The notes under the pieces are model-generated. The model saw nothing but the letters and a program-made list of their open reading frames with translations, was not told where the DNA came from and searched no databases. The position numbers and the translations under genes are program-made. Below, one piece after another: positions 1-9,705 of a DNA stretch of 64,000 bases (its first letter is position 1; the number at the start of each line of letters is the position of its first letter). This DNA is from a plasmid. The stretch lies in the sequence record NZ_CP118102.1. One strand, 5' to 3'.

Positions 1-81
1 TCCTTTGATGATAAAAAAACTGATTTAAAGCAGATTCAAACATCGGTTACAAAATATGGATTTGGCGTAATAGGAGGATAA
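1..81 (+). CDS. 3' end of an HMA-domain (MerP-like) metal-binding protein; partial, runs off the window start
   Basis: Open frame from base 1 to TAA at 79-81 (...KQIQTSVTKYGFGVIGG*). The hydrophobic/aromatic C-terminus resembles HMA/MerP-type domains. It lies immediately upstream of merA, as in Gram-positive mer operons. Confidence 0.35.
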   Translation, partial: SFDDKKTDLKQIQTSVTKYGFGVIGG

Positions 82-84
82 AAA

Positions 85-1725
85 ATGAAAAAGTACCGTG
101 TACATGTGCAAGGCATGACTTGCACCGGCTGTGAAGAGCACGTTGCAACGGCACTTGAAAGCATTGGAGCTGCGAATATTGAGGCGAGCTTTCGCCGCAA
201 TGAAGCCACGTTTGAATTACCGGATGACGTTGCGATCGAAACAGCCCAAAAAGCCATCAACGAGGCAAAATATCAATCCGGAGATGTGGAAGTTATCGAA
301 TCCCATGATGCTCCGGTTCTCGGCGATGAGGGCGACTATGATTTTCTTATCATCGGTTCCGGTGGGGCAGCGTTTTCCGCCGCGATTCAAGCGGTCGAAC
401 ATGGTGCAAAAGTGGCGATCATCGAGCAAGGAACGGTAGGCGGAACCTGCGTAAATGTGGGCTGCGTGCCATCGAAAACCCTGCTGCGTGCCGGTGAAAT
501 CAATCACTTAGCCAATAATAACCCTTTCTTGGGGCTAACTACATCTGCAGGAACGGTGGATTTGGCTGAGCTAGTGAAACAAAAAAATGAACTTGTAACC
601 GAAATGCGTGAACAAAAGTATGAACATTTGATTGGTGAGTACGGATTTGAACTCATTCGCGGAGAGGCAAAATTCGTTGATGAAAAAACCATCGAGGTCG
701 GTGGACGAAAGCTTACCGCTAAACGATTTTTAATCGCGACAGGAGCTTCACCATCGATTCCGGATATTCCAGGATTAAAAGACGCTAACTATTTAACAAG
801 TACGTCACTGCTTAACCTTAAAGAATTGCCAAAAAGACTTGCTGTGATTGGCTCAGGTTATATTGCACTGGAATTAGGTCAGTTGTTTCATAATTTAGGA
901 TCAGAAGTTACGCTGTTGCAAAGAAGTCCTCGGTTGTTAAAAGAGTATGACCCTGAAATTTCCGAATCTGTGACAAAAGCAGTCACCGAACAAGGGATAA
1001 ATCTGATTACCCGTGTCACGTATGAGCGCGTTGAAACTAATGGGGATTTGAAACAAATTCATATTGCAGTAAACGGCGAAAAGAAAGTCATCGAAGCCGA
1101 GCAGTTGCTTATTGCAACCGGCAGAAAACCGAATACCGAAGCACTGAATCTTCGTGCAGCGAACGTCATTATTGGTACCAAATGCGAAATCGTGGTCGAT
1201 GATTTTTTAAAAACCTCAAATCCTAGGATTTACGCCGCAGGCGATGTGACGATGGGTCCGCAGTTTGTGTACGTGGCTGCCTATGAAGGACGCATCGCGG
1301 CGGATAATGCAGTTGGTGGGTTAGAAAAAAAAGTAAACCTTGAAACTGTTCCGGGGGTCACGTTCACTTCACCTGCGGTGGCGACGGTAGGACTTACGGA
1401 AGAACAAGCCAGGGCAAAAGGATATGATGTGAAGACTTCTGTACTTCCTTTGGATTCGGTGCCTAGAGCACTTGTAAATCGCGAAACAACAGGCGTTTTT
1501 AAATTAGTTGCTGACTCCAAGTCGTTAAAGGTGCTCGGTGTTCATATTGTCGCAGAAAATGCAGGAGACGTGATTTACGCCGCAACACTTGCTGTAAAAT
1601 TCGGTTTAACGGTCGAGGATCTACGCGACAGCCTTGCTCCTTATTTAACGATGGCAGAAGGATTAAAACTGGCAGCGATTACGTTTAATAAAGATGTATC
1701 CAAATTATCCTGTTGCGCTGGGTAA
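85..1725 (+). CDS. merA: mercuric ion reductase MerA (N-terminal HMA domain GMTCxxC, FAD/NAD(P) disulfide oxidoreductase, C-terminal Cys-Cys)
   Basis: 546 aa. MTCTGC metal-binding motif at the N-terminus. [13 protein letters not shown] dinucleotide fold. Redox-active CVNVGC disulfide. C-terminal ...KLSCCAG vicinal cysteines. AGGAGGA RBS 6 nt upstream of ATG. Confidence 0.93.
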   Translation: MKKYRVHVQGMTCTGCEEHVATALESIGAANIEASFRRNEATFELPDDVAIETAQKAINEAKYQSGDVEVIESHDAPVLGDEGDYDFLIIGSGGAAFSAAIQAVEHGAKVAIIEQGTVGGTCVNVGCVPSKTLLRAGEINHLANNNPFLGLTTSAGTVDLAELVKQKNELVTEMREQKYEHLIGEYGFELIRGEAKFVDEKTIEVGGRKLTAKRFLIATGASPSIPDIPGLKDANYLTSTSLLNLKELPKRLAVIGSGYIALELGQLFHNLGSEVTLLQRSPRLLKEYDPEISESVTKAVTEQGINLITRVTYERVETNGDLKQIHIAVNGEKKVIEAEQLLIATGRKPNTEALNLRAANVIIGTKCEIVVDDFLKTSNPRIYAAGDVTMGPQFVYVAAYEGRIAADNAVGGLEKKVNLETVPGVTFTSPAVATVGLTEEQARAKGYDVKTSVLPLDSVPRALVNRETTGVFKLVADSKSLKVLGVHIVAENAGDVIYAATLAVKFGLTVEDLRDSLAPYLTMAEGLKLAAITFNKDVSKLSCCAG

Positions 1726-1778
1726 GATATATTATCTGTGGTAATTAACATGGTTGAGGAGAACGATTTCAATAAACT

Positions 1779-1808
1779 ACAGGCTGCCCAGGCAGCCTGT
1801 TTTTGCGC
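1779..1808 (+). terminator. rho-independent terminator after merA
   Basis: ACAGGCTGCC-cag-GCAGCCTGT perfect hairpin followed by TTTTT. Confidence 0.7.
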
Positions 1809-1837
1809 ATATATGGCTGTTTCTCTTATAAGTATAC

Positions 1838-1875
1838 CTTAGCGTACGTTTTCCGCGTTTTGTTGGCGGTACCCC
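1838..1875 (-). mobile_element. 38-bp Tn3-family (Tn4430-type) terminal inverted repeat; right end of the merA-bearing transposon; GGGG outer end at 1872-1875
   Basis: Plus strand reads CTTAGCGTACGTTTTCCGCGTTTTGTTGGCGGTACCCC. The reverse complement is GGGGTACCGCCAACAAAACGCGGAAAACGTACGCTAAG. It is exactly 38 bp with the GGGG...TAAG ends typical of Tn3-family IRs. It matches the IRs at 14052 and 54430 at 35/38 positions and in the first 14 and last 9 positions respectively. Confidence 0.75.
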
Positions 1876-2012
1876 TAGAAGGTCAGTTTTCCCAGGAAGG
1901 CTTATCAGCTCTTACTGAAGGTTCTGGAGGGAGCCTTGCTACGGAATTGGCGAAACGCTTTGTTGGTAATAATATCGAAGGTGTGGAAAGTGCTGAGTCC
2001 ATTTGGGGCAAG

Positions 2013-2495
2013 ATGACTATATATGCGACTCAGTTTATTCCGGAATCTTCGGTACAAGCTTTGGTACAGGAAGATACTATTAACGACAATTCCAGTGATT
2101 TTGTTGAGGTGGAAGTTCCTTCAGTAGATGTTATTGAAGCGGGATCCCTGCAAGAAGTACTCCTTAAATGGGCAGATGAGTCTATACCAGCTGATCTTCA
2201 TTCACGATTTGAGCAACAAATAAAATATGTTGTGGAGCGAGTAAAGCAAGGTGTAGAGGGCTTAGAGTTCTCCTGCAGTGCTGAGTCTACGGTTCTAAGC
2301 TGGGATTGTTCAAAAGCACCAAGAGATGCGATTGATTTTCGTCGATGGGTTTTCAACTTGACGAATAAGATTGTTCATGAGCAGTCTACATCGAAACAGG
2401 AGAAAATTAGACTTGTGGTCGAAGGTAATAAACCAGCTGCCAAAACGAAGAAGAAATACAACGTGGGAGCTGGCCAGATAGCTTTCAAATTTTGA
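2013..2495 (+). CDS. hypothetical protein; possibly the 3' fragment of a gene disrupted by the transposon end at 1875
   Basis: The ORF track gives 1803-2495, but codons 1838-1875 are the transposon IR read through. The first in-frame ATG after the IR is at 2013 (MTIYATQF...). Low GC, no recognisable motifs, weak RBS. Confidence 0.3.
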   Translation: MTIYATQFIPESSVQALVQEDTINDNSSDFVEVEVPSVDVIEAGSLQEVLLKWADESIPADLHSRFEQQIKYVVERVKQGVEGLEFSCSAESTVLSWDCSKAPRDAIDFRRWVFNLTNKIVHEQSTSKQEKIRLVVEGNKPAAKTKKKYNVGAGQIAFKF

Positions 2496-2554
2496 AACTC
2501 GAATCAGTGATCTGAAAATGAGTTTGATAATACAGAAAATCGTTATAAAAAAAA

Positions 2555-2590
2555 GGTGCCGGCTTGCCGGCATCTTTTTCTGTTTTTATT
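2555..2590 (+). terminator. rho-independent terminator
   Basis: TGCCGG-cttg-CCGGCA hairpin followed by TCTTTTTCTGTTTTT. Confidence 0.75.
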
Positions 2591-2667
2591 TATGAAAAAA
2601 TTTTGTGAAAATCAACTTCCGTTATATGATAAATACAAAATATACGGAAAAAGGGAGATTTTTATCT

Positions 2668-3012
2668 ATGGGAACACAGAAAATTAATCCAACATGCAGA
2701 ATTTGTGAGAAGCTCAATGATGAAATGACGCATTGTGCTGTCTTTGGGGCAATAACACCAGAAAACACTAATAATACAGCGCTAGGGGCGGCTTGTGCTA
2801 AATTAGGTGATTATGTGAGATTGTTACATGCACGTCCTAATGAGTACAATTATGGCTATAGACAAGTAGATAGTGTTGTTGCTGAGAGAGAAGATGAGGA
2901 GCTTTTAGTATTTGACGCAGCTGATGAGGCAGAGGGTTTTCAAATTCAGAATGGCATTACATTAGAGGAATGGGCAAGAATGACCTTCGGCAATGGAAAT
3001 AATCAGGTCTAG
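2668..3012 (+). CDS. hypothetical small protein (Cys-x2-Cys ... His-Cys, possible zinc-binding)
   Basis: ATG at 2668 preceded by AAGGGAGA RBS. The track ORF 2605-3012 has a longer N-terminus without an RBS. CRICEK...THC motif present. Confidence 0.45.
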   Translation: MGTQKINPTCRICEKLNDEMTHCAVFGAITPENTNNTALGAACAKLGDYVRLLHARPNEYNYGYRQVDSVVAEREDEELLVFDAADEAEGFQIQNGITLEEWARMTFGNGNNQV

Positions 3013-3036
3013 AAATAAGATAGAGGGGGATCCAGG

Positions 3037-4827
3037 GTGGCTAAGCTATCAAATCAGAAAAAGGAACGTCAGACGGTAAATGCAATTGAATATCTGGCAA
3101 ATTTACCAGACTCCTATTTGATACCTGATATACCAGTGGGAGATAAGGGGATTTCGTTTGATGGGCATATCTCGGTAATGGAAGATGATTCAGAGACTAA
3201 AGAATCCCTAATTGGAAGAGTACCGGTACAAGTAAAGGGGACTGAAGTAGAGCATTTTACTGAAGGAGTTAGGAGTTTCAGCTTCGAGTTAGCTGATTAT
3301 CGAAATTTTTTTAATTCCGATGGTGTTTTATTACTTGTTGGTGAGGTCAAACCTAACGGAGAAACTAAGCTTTTTTACAAAGCTTTGCTTGCTCTCGAGA
3401 TAAATGAATTACTACAACGTTTTAACAAACAGAAACAGAGGGTTATAGAATTACGACCACTGGATGAAACAAGATTGTATGATGTTTGTTATAAATTTTT
3501 GGCAGAACAAACACTGCAGTCAAGAGAACTAGTGACGCATAAGCCATTTCAAATTGATGACTTTAGAGAGTTAAGGTTGACCAGTATGACATACTCTCCT
3601 TCACTTGATGAATCACTGGAGAAAATTTTTGACCATGACTTTACGATGTATGGTGTTAAAAATCAAGCTCATTTTCCCTTAAAGAGAATAAGAATTGGGT
3701 CAATCAATGTTCGAAAAGATAACGTCATTTTTAGTGATATGAAGAATGAATATAGAATTCTTACTGACATAGAAGTAAAACAGAATGTTACAGCCTACAC
3801 CTTGGAAAAATCATTTATCTTAGAGATAAGCAATAATGATGGTGTATTCAAACTTAATTATGAAATTTTGGACTTTAATACACTTGCTGCTCAACTAAAA
3901 GTTGTTCCTATGTTAATAAGTTTATTTTCAGGTAATAAAATAAGTTTCCGAGGTAATTATATTCAGCTCGATTCTCAAAAAGAAACTTTAGAAGGGTTTC
4001 GAGAGCGATATGAATGTTTGCTCGAGTTGGAGAGAACTTTTGAGCTTCTTGGCATCGACAAAACAACACTTATTGAACAAGAATGTGATGATCAACTAGG
4101 TGAAGAATTAGAGTGGTTAATTCTTAGAGTACTAAAGAATGATGTTAGAGGATTTTCGTTTGGTGAAACAAAGAGAGGAATATTCAACTTTAAAGTCGGA
4201 AAGCACTTAGTATTGTTGTTCTATAATTCCACCGCAAAGCAAAGAATAGTAAGTGTTTTTTCTGATGAGGTTGCTGCTTCTGAATTATACATGGTTGACG
4301 AGGGTGATGGCGAGGAATATCGTCACAGTATTTATATTTCTCTTTCTGAAGAGTCTTTAGCTAAGGGAATCAACATAAATAGTCAAGCAATCTGTAATTC
4401 TTTTGATCAAATTGATCCATTTTCGAGTAATACAGTTTCTGATTTTACTAACAACTTCTGTTTAAAATGTATTAACGCATTTATTAAGTCTGGTAAGAGA
4501 GAACTCTTAGATATAGCTGAGAATATCTATGCAAAATCTAATGGACAGGCAAATGTAAATAATGAATATATTTTGATAAATAAACTACAGATTAAATTAT
4601 GGAGAGATGGGAGTCTAACTGATGAAGAGAATCAGTTACTATATCAAAAAAAAATGCAGGCTATAAAAGAAGAAAACGCAGAGCTATCATTTTGTGTCAG
4701 CGTACTGCTCAAAAATTTAGACGAGAGTCGATTTTTCTTTAACTTGATGGACAAAGAACTACAAGACTTCTATATGATGCTACCAATCTATAAATTGTAT
4801 GAGTCTGTGAATCCTGTAACTGAATGA
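3037..4827 (+). CDS. large hypothetical protein (596 aa) with a candidate N-terminal PD-(D/E)xK-like nuclease motif
   Basis: GTG start with GAGGGGGA RBS. The N-terminal region DKGISFDGHISVMEDDSETKESLIGRVPVQVKG has the D...(D/E)...QVK spacing of restriction-endonuclease-fold proteins (DUF4365-like). The remainder is low-GC with no recognisable domains. Confidence 0.6.
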   Translation: MAKLSNQKKERQTVNAIEYLANLPDSYLIPDIPVGDKGISFDGHISVMEDDSETKESLIGRVPVQVKGTEVEHFTEGVRSFSFELADYRNFFNSDGVLLLVGEVKPNGETKLFYKALLALEINELLQRFNKQKQRVIELRPLDETRLYDVCYKFLAEQTLQSRELVTHKPFQIDDFRELRLTSMTYSPSLDESLEKIFDHDFTMYGVKNQAHFPLKRIRIGSINVRKDNVIFSDMKNEYRILTDIEVKQNVTAYTLEKSFILEISNNDGVFKLNYEILDFNTLAAQLKVVPMLISLFSGNKISFRGNYIQLDSQKETLEGFRERYECLLELERTFELLGIDKTTLIEQECDDQLGEELEWLILRVLKNDVRGFSFGETKRGIFNFKVGKHLVLLFYNSTAKQRIVSVFSDEVAASELYMVDEGDGEEYRHSIYISLSEESLAKGININSQAICNSFDQIDPFSSNTVSDFTNNFCLKCINAFIKSGKRELLDIAENIYAKSNGQANVNNEYILINKLQIKLWRDGSLTDEENQLLYQKKMQAIKEENAELSFCVSVLLKNLDESRFFFNLMDKELQDFYMMLPIYKLYESVNPVTE

Positions 4828-4898
4828 TTAGTCCTTCGGTAAAAAAGCACAAGCCCGCTTTTTGTATGGTAAAGAAAGGTGGGTTTGATTGCATACCC

Positions 4899-4923
4899 GT
4901 GTTTACACTAAGCGTGTTTACAC
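4899..4923. promoter_or_regulatory. two tandem copies of the 10-bp dyad GTGTTTACAC (GTGT-N2-ACAC); candidate operator
   Basis: Copies at 4899-4908 and 4914-4923. A third copy in inverse orientation (GTGTAAACAC, 5393-5402) lies about 115 bp upstream of the PadR start. Confidence 0.35.
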
Positions 4924-5392
4924 GAATAAACTCGACTCATACAGCTTCACCGTCGTTCTTCCTGCCACCGACCACCGTATCCATCCATTGTGTGTCCGGC
5001 TGGCTGCTCCCCAGATAATTCTCTCACTAGATATACAGCTTCGTTACCTTACTTACATCCGCGATTATGTACCTTGAACACAACCCCTTTTTCCTTCTTC
5101 TTTTTTCATTTCTTCTACAATTCTTTGGATTCTTTTGATACCTTTTTAACCAGGTTTTCGCGCAGCGCGCGGCCCCCCCGACGGTCGTAATCTGTTACTG
5201 GATTCGGATTAAGTTACAGTGTTATTATTTGCAGCTAGATACGTACTTAGCAAAAGAATAGATCCGGATTGAGTTGTAGATATAGAGTTCTGCAGCTAGG
5301 TTCGAATCTAGATACAGAAGAAGTAGAAATTGGTATAAAGGGGATAAACAAAAGAGATTGCTCGTATGATGGAGAGTGGGAAGGAAAAGGCG

Positions 5393-5402
5393 TGTAAACA
5401 CG
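5393..5402. promoter_or_regulatory. GTGTAAACAC dyad upstream of the padR-like gene (candidate autoregulatory operator)
   Basis: Inverted copy of the 4899/4914 dyads. Positioned in the putative promoter region of the PadR gene. Confidence 0.3.
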
Positions 5403-5517
5403 GATAGTAATACCACGCTTTGGTTGAGAAATATGTTATAATTAGTACATTATATTGGGGGCCCTGCCCTATTCAATTTAACGGTTAACCCTGATACTTT
5501 GCAAGAGGAGGCTGGTT

Positions 5518-5904
5518 ATGCCTAGAAATGATAATCCCGTCGAAAAAGAGGGGACCTTGGGTTATGTTGTTAAAGTGCAGCAAGTAATCGATTTTGTTGT
5601 TTTATCCGAGTTGCAGGGTGGCAAGCAACTCTATGTAAGTGAGCTGGATAAGAAGATTGCGTCCGTTTTAGGCGGAATTGGCGTGAACGATTCATATCTT
5701 AGTGCTAGGCTCAGAAAGTTGGCCGAGAATGGGCACGTCATTCGTGAGTGGAAAGGTGATGATCGATACAACCGGTATTATAGCATCACTGATTCTGGCC
5801 ACGAATACTTCATTCAAATGTTACGTGATCTACCTGAACGAGTCACAATGGCAAAGAAGGTCTATTCTAACTTTGAAAAATACATGAAGAAGTTTGATGT
5901 ATAA
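5518..5904 (+). CDS. PadR-family transcriptional regulator
   Basis: 128 aa. Winged-helix pattern ...LYVSEL..., ...SYLSARLRKLAENGHVIREWKGDDRYNRYYSITDSGHEYF matches the PadR recognition helix and wing. AAGAGGAGG RBS. Confidence 0.65.
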   Translation: MPRNDNPVEKEGTLGYVVKVQQVIDFVVLSELQGGKQLYVSELDKKIASVLGGIGVNDSYLSARLRKLAENGHVIREWKGDDRYNRYYSITDSGHEYFIQMLRDLPERVTMAKKVYSNFEKYMKKFDV

Positions 5905-5980
5905 GAGGTGTACTAAAAACTGAAATCAGTTTCCCTCCAGATCGGATGTGACTGATGTATTAATGTCGGGAGTGAAAAAT

Positions 5981-6643
5981 ATGGACGAGCTGAATTACCC
6001 AGATGTTGTTCGGAGGCTAAAGGAGTCATTTCCAGAAGGAACAGTCAAGCTGCGATCCGACACACAAAAAGCGTATATTCCGAATCAGATATATACTGAC
6101 AGGCTGGAAGCTGCAACGGAGGGGCAGTGGAGCAAAACCATTAAAGATATCGAAATCAATTTAGAGCAGCAGTACGTCAAGGTTATAGTTTCGATTTCTA
6201 TAAGTGATTACACCAGAGATGGATTCGGATTTGCTTATATTGATAAGGATGGCCAGGGACGTCCGAGAGTCTCCAACGCACTTGATCAGGCTGCCGCCAG
6301 CGCTTTTGTTGAAGCGGTAGATAGTTGGCAAATGGGATGGAAGGATCTTGCTCCATATAAGGATTGGGGAGATAATCCAGCTTTGCGTCATCTTATAGGC
6401 AGTGATCCTGCTCCAGAAGGACAGAAACGAGTTGTCCAATCCAAATCAAGGGTTGAACGAAATTGTATAATGACAGGCTGCGGAAAATCATTATCAGCTG
6501 ATGAATGGGAGCTGCTCAAACAAGTTCCGAATCTCAACCGCGATAAAATGGTTTATTGCTTTGATCATCTCCCAGATCATTTAAAGCGGAAAATCCCTGA
6601 TAAAAAACTAGAAGCATTCTTACAACATCGAGAATCAGAATAA
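5981..6643 (+). CDS. Rad52/22-family single-strand annealing protein (Sak-like) with a C-terminal Cys4 zinc-ribbon-like tail
   Basis: Start at ATG 5981 (MDELNYPDVV) with GGGAGTGA RBS; the track ORF starts at 5948. Segment RRLKESFPEGTVKLRSDTQKAYIPNQIYTDRLEAATEGQWS matches the Rad52 N-terminal annealing-domain pattern. C-terminal CIMTGCGK...CFDH. Confidence 0.55.
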   Translation: MDELNYPDVVRRLKESFPEGTVKLRSDTQKAYIPNQIYTDRLEAATEGQWSKTIKDIEINLEQQYVKVIVSISISDYTRDGFGFAYIDKDGQGRPRVSNALDQAAASAFVEAVDSWQMGWKDLAPYKDWGDNPALRHLIGSDPAPEGQKRVVQSKSRVERNCIMTGCGKSLSADEWELLKQVPNLNRDKMVYCFDHLPDHLKRKIPDKKLEAFLQHRESE

Positions 6644-6867
6644 GAAGCAATATAAATACTGTCAACGGATAATTGAGTAATATTTCATGGTTTTATCTAG
6701 CACCAAGAGATCCTATGTTATGTCACATTAGCTACAATTCATTTTATAAAGAAATGGATCAATTAATTAAAATTAAAAGAGCAGATCTTTATCGATTATA
6801 GCCAACTTATTTTACCCGACGGCAACGAGGTACTTACAGCGATTGGTAGGATCATGGAGGAATTCGT

Positions 6868-7560
6868 TTGAAGAATTTAAATGTTATACTGCTGCGTACT
6901 TTTCTTGGACGTTTACTAGCCTTGCTAGTATGCGTTATCTTGTTAATATCATTGTTTTATTATCCGCTTGCTTCCATTAAAGGTTTATTTTTGTTTTTCT
7001 TTTTGTTTTTTTTATACTTGATCTTCTTCTCTGCAGCTATTCGTGAATGTGATGAAGAAGATGAAAAAAAGTTTGAAAACAGATATGCCATTCACTTTGT
7101 GAGCAAAGTACATAATGCTGATCAACAAGGAAGGATTCCTCTTTACCCCAGTGCGGGAGATAGCAAGGGCAAACCTAGGGTTTGGTTCCATCTGTCAACT
7201 TCGGTCGATTCAACTGATCCTTCTGAAAAATCTTTTTTTAGAAATCATGTACAGTGGAAGGAATTGCGTAGCTATAAAGTAATTATCCCTTGGAAAGAAC
7301 TTAGGCAATCAGTAAAGGAACAATCAAGAAATATTAAGGTGAGACCTAGTGATGGCTCTATTGCTATAGAAGGTACAGATCCTATTTGGGTAAAGAATGC
7401 TAAGATTGAAACTGAGTTCTACTGGTATCAAGATCGCATTGGATTTAAATATATCCTGCAGTATTTAGTCGGTATTAACATATTAAGTTATATTTTTTAC
7501 ATCATCTATTTCTCAGATCAATATTTTTATAAACTAAGAAAGATATTAGCAAAGAGATGA
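6868..7560 (+). CDS. hypothetical membrane protein (two N-terminal TM helices)
   Basis: TTG start after GGAGGAATTCG. Hydrophobic stretches LLALLVCVILLISLFYY and LFLFFFLFFLYLIFFSAAI. Low GC. Confidence 0.45.
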   Translation: MKNLNVILLRTFLGRLLALLVCVILLISLFYYPLASIKGLFLFFFLFFLYLIFFSAAIRECDEEDEKKFENRYAIHFVSKVHNADQQGRIPLYPSAGDSKGKPRVWFHLSTSVDSTDPSEKSFFRNHVQWKELRSYKVIIPWKELRQSVKEQSRNIKVRPSDGSIAIEGTDPIWVKNAKIETEFYWYQDRIGFKYILQYLVGINILSYIFYIIYFSDQYFYKLRKILAKR

Positions 7561-7766
7561 AGTACGATATCTTGAACAAGAACATTCAACAGTCGCATTA
7601 ATATGCGGCTTTTTCTCGTGGTTCAATCAATATATTATCTTGTAAGTAAGTAGGTAGGTACTTAATTTTCATTTAACAAAAAGTTTTGCAATTAGATAGT
7701 CTTATTGTACTATATATGTATATTAGTATATTAACTAACATACAATAATTGTTGAGGGGCGGTTCT

Positions 7767-9686
7767 GTGGAAGAGTTTATTCAAAGAGCACTCGGGGCTG
7801 GGGGACATCTGTCGAAGCTAGTAAAAGGTTATTCTCCACGTTCACCGCAGATGCTCATATCAAACAAAGTGGGGGCAGCGTTAGAGGGAGAAAAGCATCT
7901 ATTGGCTGAAGCAGGTACAGGTACAGGGAAGTCGCTTGGCTATTTGATACCTGCAGCCAAGTGGGCTGTTGAAAACAACAAGACTGTTATTGTTTGTACC
8001 CACACGATCCCGCTAATGACTCAGATAGTAAATGTAGAACTGCCTCGTGTACAACAGATTTTAAAAATGGAGCATCAAAATCTTAAGTATCAACTTGTTA
8101 AGGGAAAGTCACATTACGTTTGCTACTCGAAGCTTGAGAATTTGTGGCAAGAAACGCTACGGAGCATAAATGAAGAAGCTAAAACAGTGCAGAAGATCTT
8201 CAAAAAAGTGACCCGAGAGTATGTAAATGATCGTACAGGGCTTGGATTCGATGTAGAAGATAGCTTATGGAAGAAAATATCTGCGAGCAATTGTCCAGCG
8301 ATTAATAAGCCTGAGTCATGCGTAATTGAAGAGCTGAAAGAAAAAATGATTCAATCCCATATCATTGTTACAAATCATGCATATTTCTTCTCAGATCTTG
8401 CCATTCGGCGGAAGACAGGAAATGGTTCTCTTCCAAATTACGATGCCGTCATTTTCGATGAGGCTCATGAAATGGAAGATGTCTGCTGCCAAATCTTTGA
8501 GAAGTCTGCTGACATAAACCAGTTTGAGTCTTTATTCGATCAATTGTTCCAACGTGACATCTTTAAAGAATTAGATCATGGTGCGCAGCTTAAGCTATCT
8601 CAACTTCGCCAGGACATCCACCGTAACCTTGACCAAGTATTTGCTGAGATTGGAAATGAAATGGGGAACAAAGCATATCAGCTCTTAGACAAACAGATTG
8701 ATGTATCAGAGGCTTGCTCTTTAATCAAGGATTTCTTGGAGACATTAAAAAGTATGAATGTCCGTGGTGCTTCCGATATTCTTGATCAGCTCTTTGAGTA
8801 TAATGATGACCTTGATTTCATTAGTAACAATGCTAAACGATCCTGGGCATACTGGGCTACTGTTCGTGGCCGTGATCAGATCACCCTGCATGCTGCTCCA
8901 CTGTTTCCAAAAGTTGTACTGGCTTCTAGCTTATTCGATAAAGTGCCTGTTATTCTAACAAGCGCTACGATGTCCAACAGCGGGAACTTTTCTTTCTTTG
9001 CTGGACGGGTTGGAGTCAAAGAGTATGATTCAGTCGTTGTCGGTAGTCCGTTTGATTACATAAACAAGACGATGATTATCGTACCGGATGATGCACCTGA
9101 ACCAAACAGTCCTGGTTTCAACGGATATACTGCAGAAAAGCTAGAGGAGATAACGATGTATACTGGCGGTCGTATGCTTGTCCTTTTTACAAGTTTTGAT
9201 GCGATGAACCAGGTCGCTCGTTCTTTCCAAAAGTATTGTAGTGAAGTGGGTTATCATCTATTGGTTCAATATCCTGGATGTAATCGTGAAGAACTCATCC
9301 AACAACTAAAAAATGAGCCAAGAACAATCGTATTTGGGTCATCTAGTTTCTGGACCGGTGTTGATGTCGCAGGAGAAGCTCTTACTACAGTAGTGATCCC
9401 TAGATTACCTTTTCCACATCCCGACGATCCTTTAATAAAAGCACAAATTGAGCTTCTTGAGAAAGCCAATCGAAGCAGCTTTTTCGACTATATGTTTCCC
9501 AAGATGATATTTAAACTTAAACAGGGTTTTGGCCGTTTAAATCGCTCAGTTCATTGCCAAGGAGCTGTTATCATCTTGGATAACCGAATGAGAACGAAGC
9601 GATATAAAGGACTTATTATTAAATCACTACCGAAGTGTCAATATTCATCTACAGTATCGGATTTAGTACATATCCTGCCGGTATAG
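7767..9686 (+). CDS. dinG: DinG/Rad3(XPD)-family ATP-dependent DNA helicase, without an exonuclease domain
   Basis: Walker A AEAGTGTGKSLGYLIPA (DinG motif I). DEAH box VIFDEAHEM. VTNHAYFFSDL. C-terminal helicase motif GFGRLNRSVHCQGAVIILDNR. Probable GTG start at 7767 after GAGGGG; the track start is 7749. Confidence 0.8.
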   Translation: MEEFIQRALGAGGHLSKLVKGYSPRSPQMLISNKVGAALEGEKHLLAEAGTGTGKSLGYLIPAAKWAVENNKTVIVCTHTIPLMTQIVNVELPRVQQILKMEHQNLKYQLVKGKSHYVCYSKLENLWQETLRSINEEAKTVQKIFKKVTREYVNDRTGLGFDVEDSLWKKISASNCPAINKPESCVIEELKEKMIQSHIIVTNHAYFFSDLAIRRKTGNGSLPNYDAVIFDEAHEMEDVCCQIFEKSADINQFESLFDQLFQRDIFKELDHGAQLKLSQLRQDIHRNLDQVFAEIGNEMGNKAYQLLDKQIDVSEACSLIKDFLETLKSMNVRGASDILDQLFEYNDDLDFISNNAKRSWAYWATVRGRDQITLHAAPLFPKVVLASSLFDKVPVILTSATMSNSGNFSFFAGRVGVKEYDSVVVGSPFDYINKTMIIVPDDAPEPNSPGFNGYTAEKLEEITMYTGGRMLVLFTSFDAMNQVARSFQKYCSEVGYHLLVQYPGCNREELIQQLKNEPRTIVFGSSSFWTGVDVAGEALTTVVIPRLPFPHPDDPLIKAQIELLEKANRSSFFDYMFPKMIFKLKQGFGRLNRSVHCQGAVIILDNRMRTKRYKGLIIKSLPKCQYSSTVSDLVHILPV

Positions 9687-9705
9687 TGGAAAGGAGCTGG
9701 CGTCT

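Noticed and set aside
1803-2012. Start of ORF 1803-2495 at ATG 1803
   Set aside because: Codons 1838-1875 are the transposon IR. The apparent N-terminus is read-through of mobile-element DNA.
7560-7748. LexA (Cheo-box) SOS operator upstream of the DinG-like helicase
   Set aside because: The closest candidate, CTTGAACAAGAACATTCAAC, does not fit the GAAC-N4-GTTC consensus. No convincing box found by eye.
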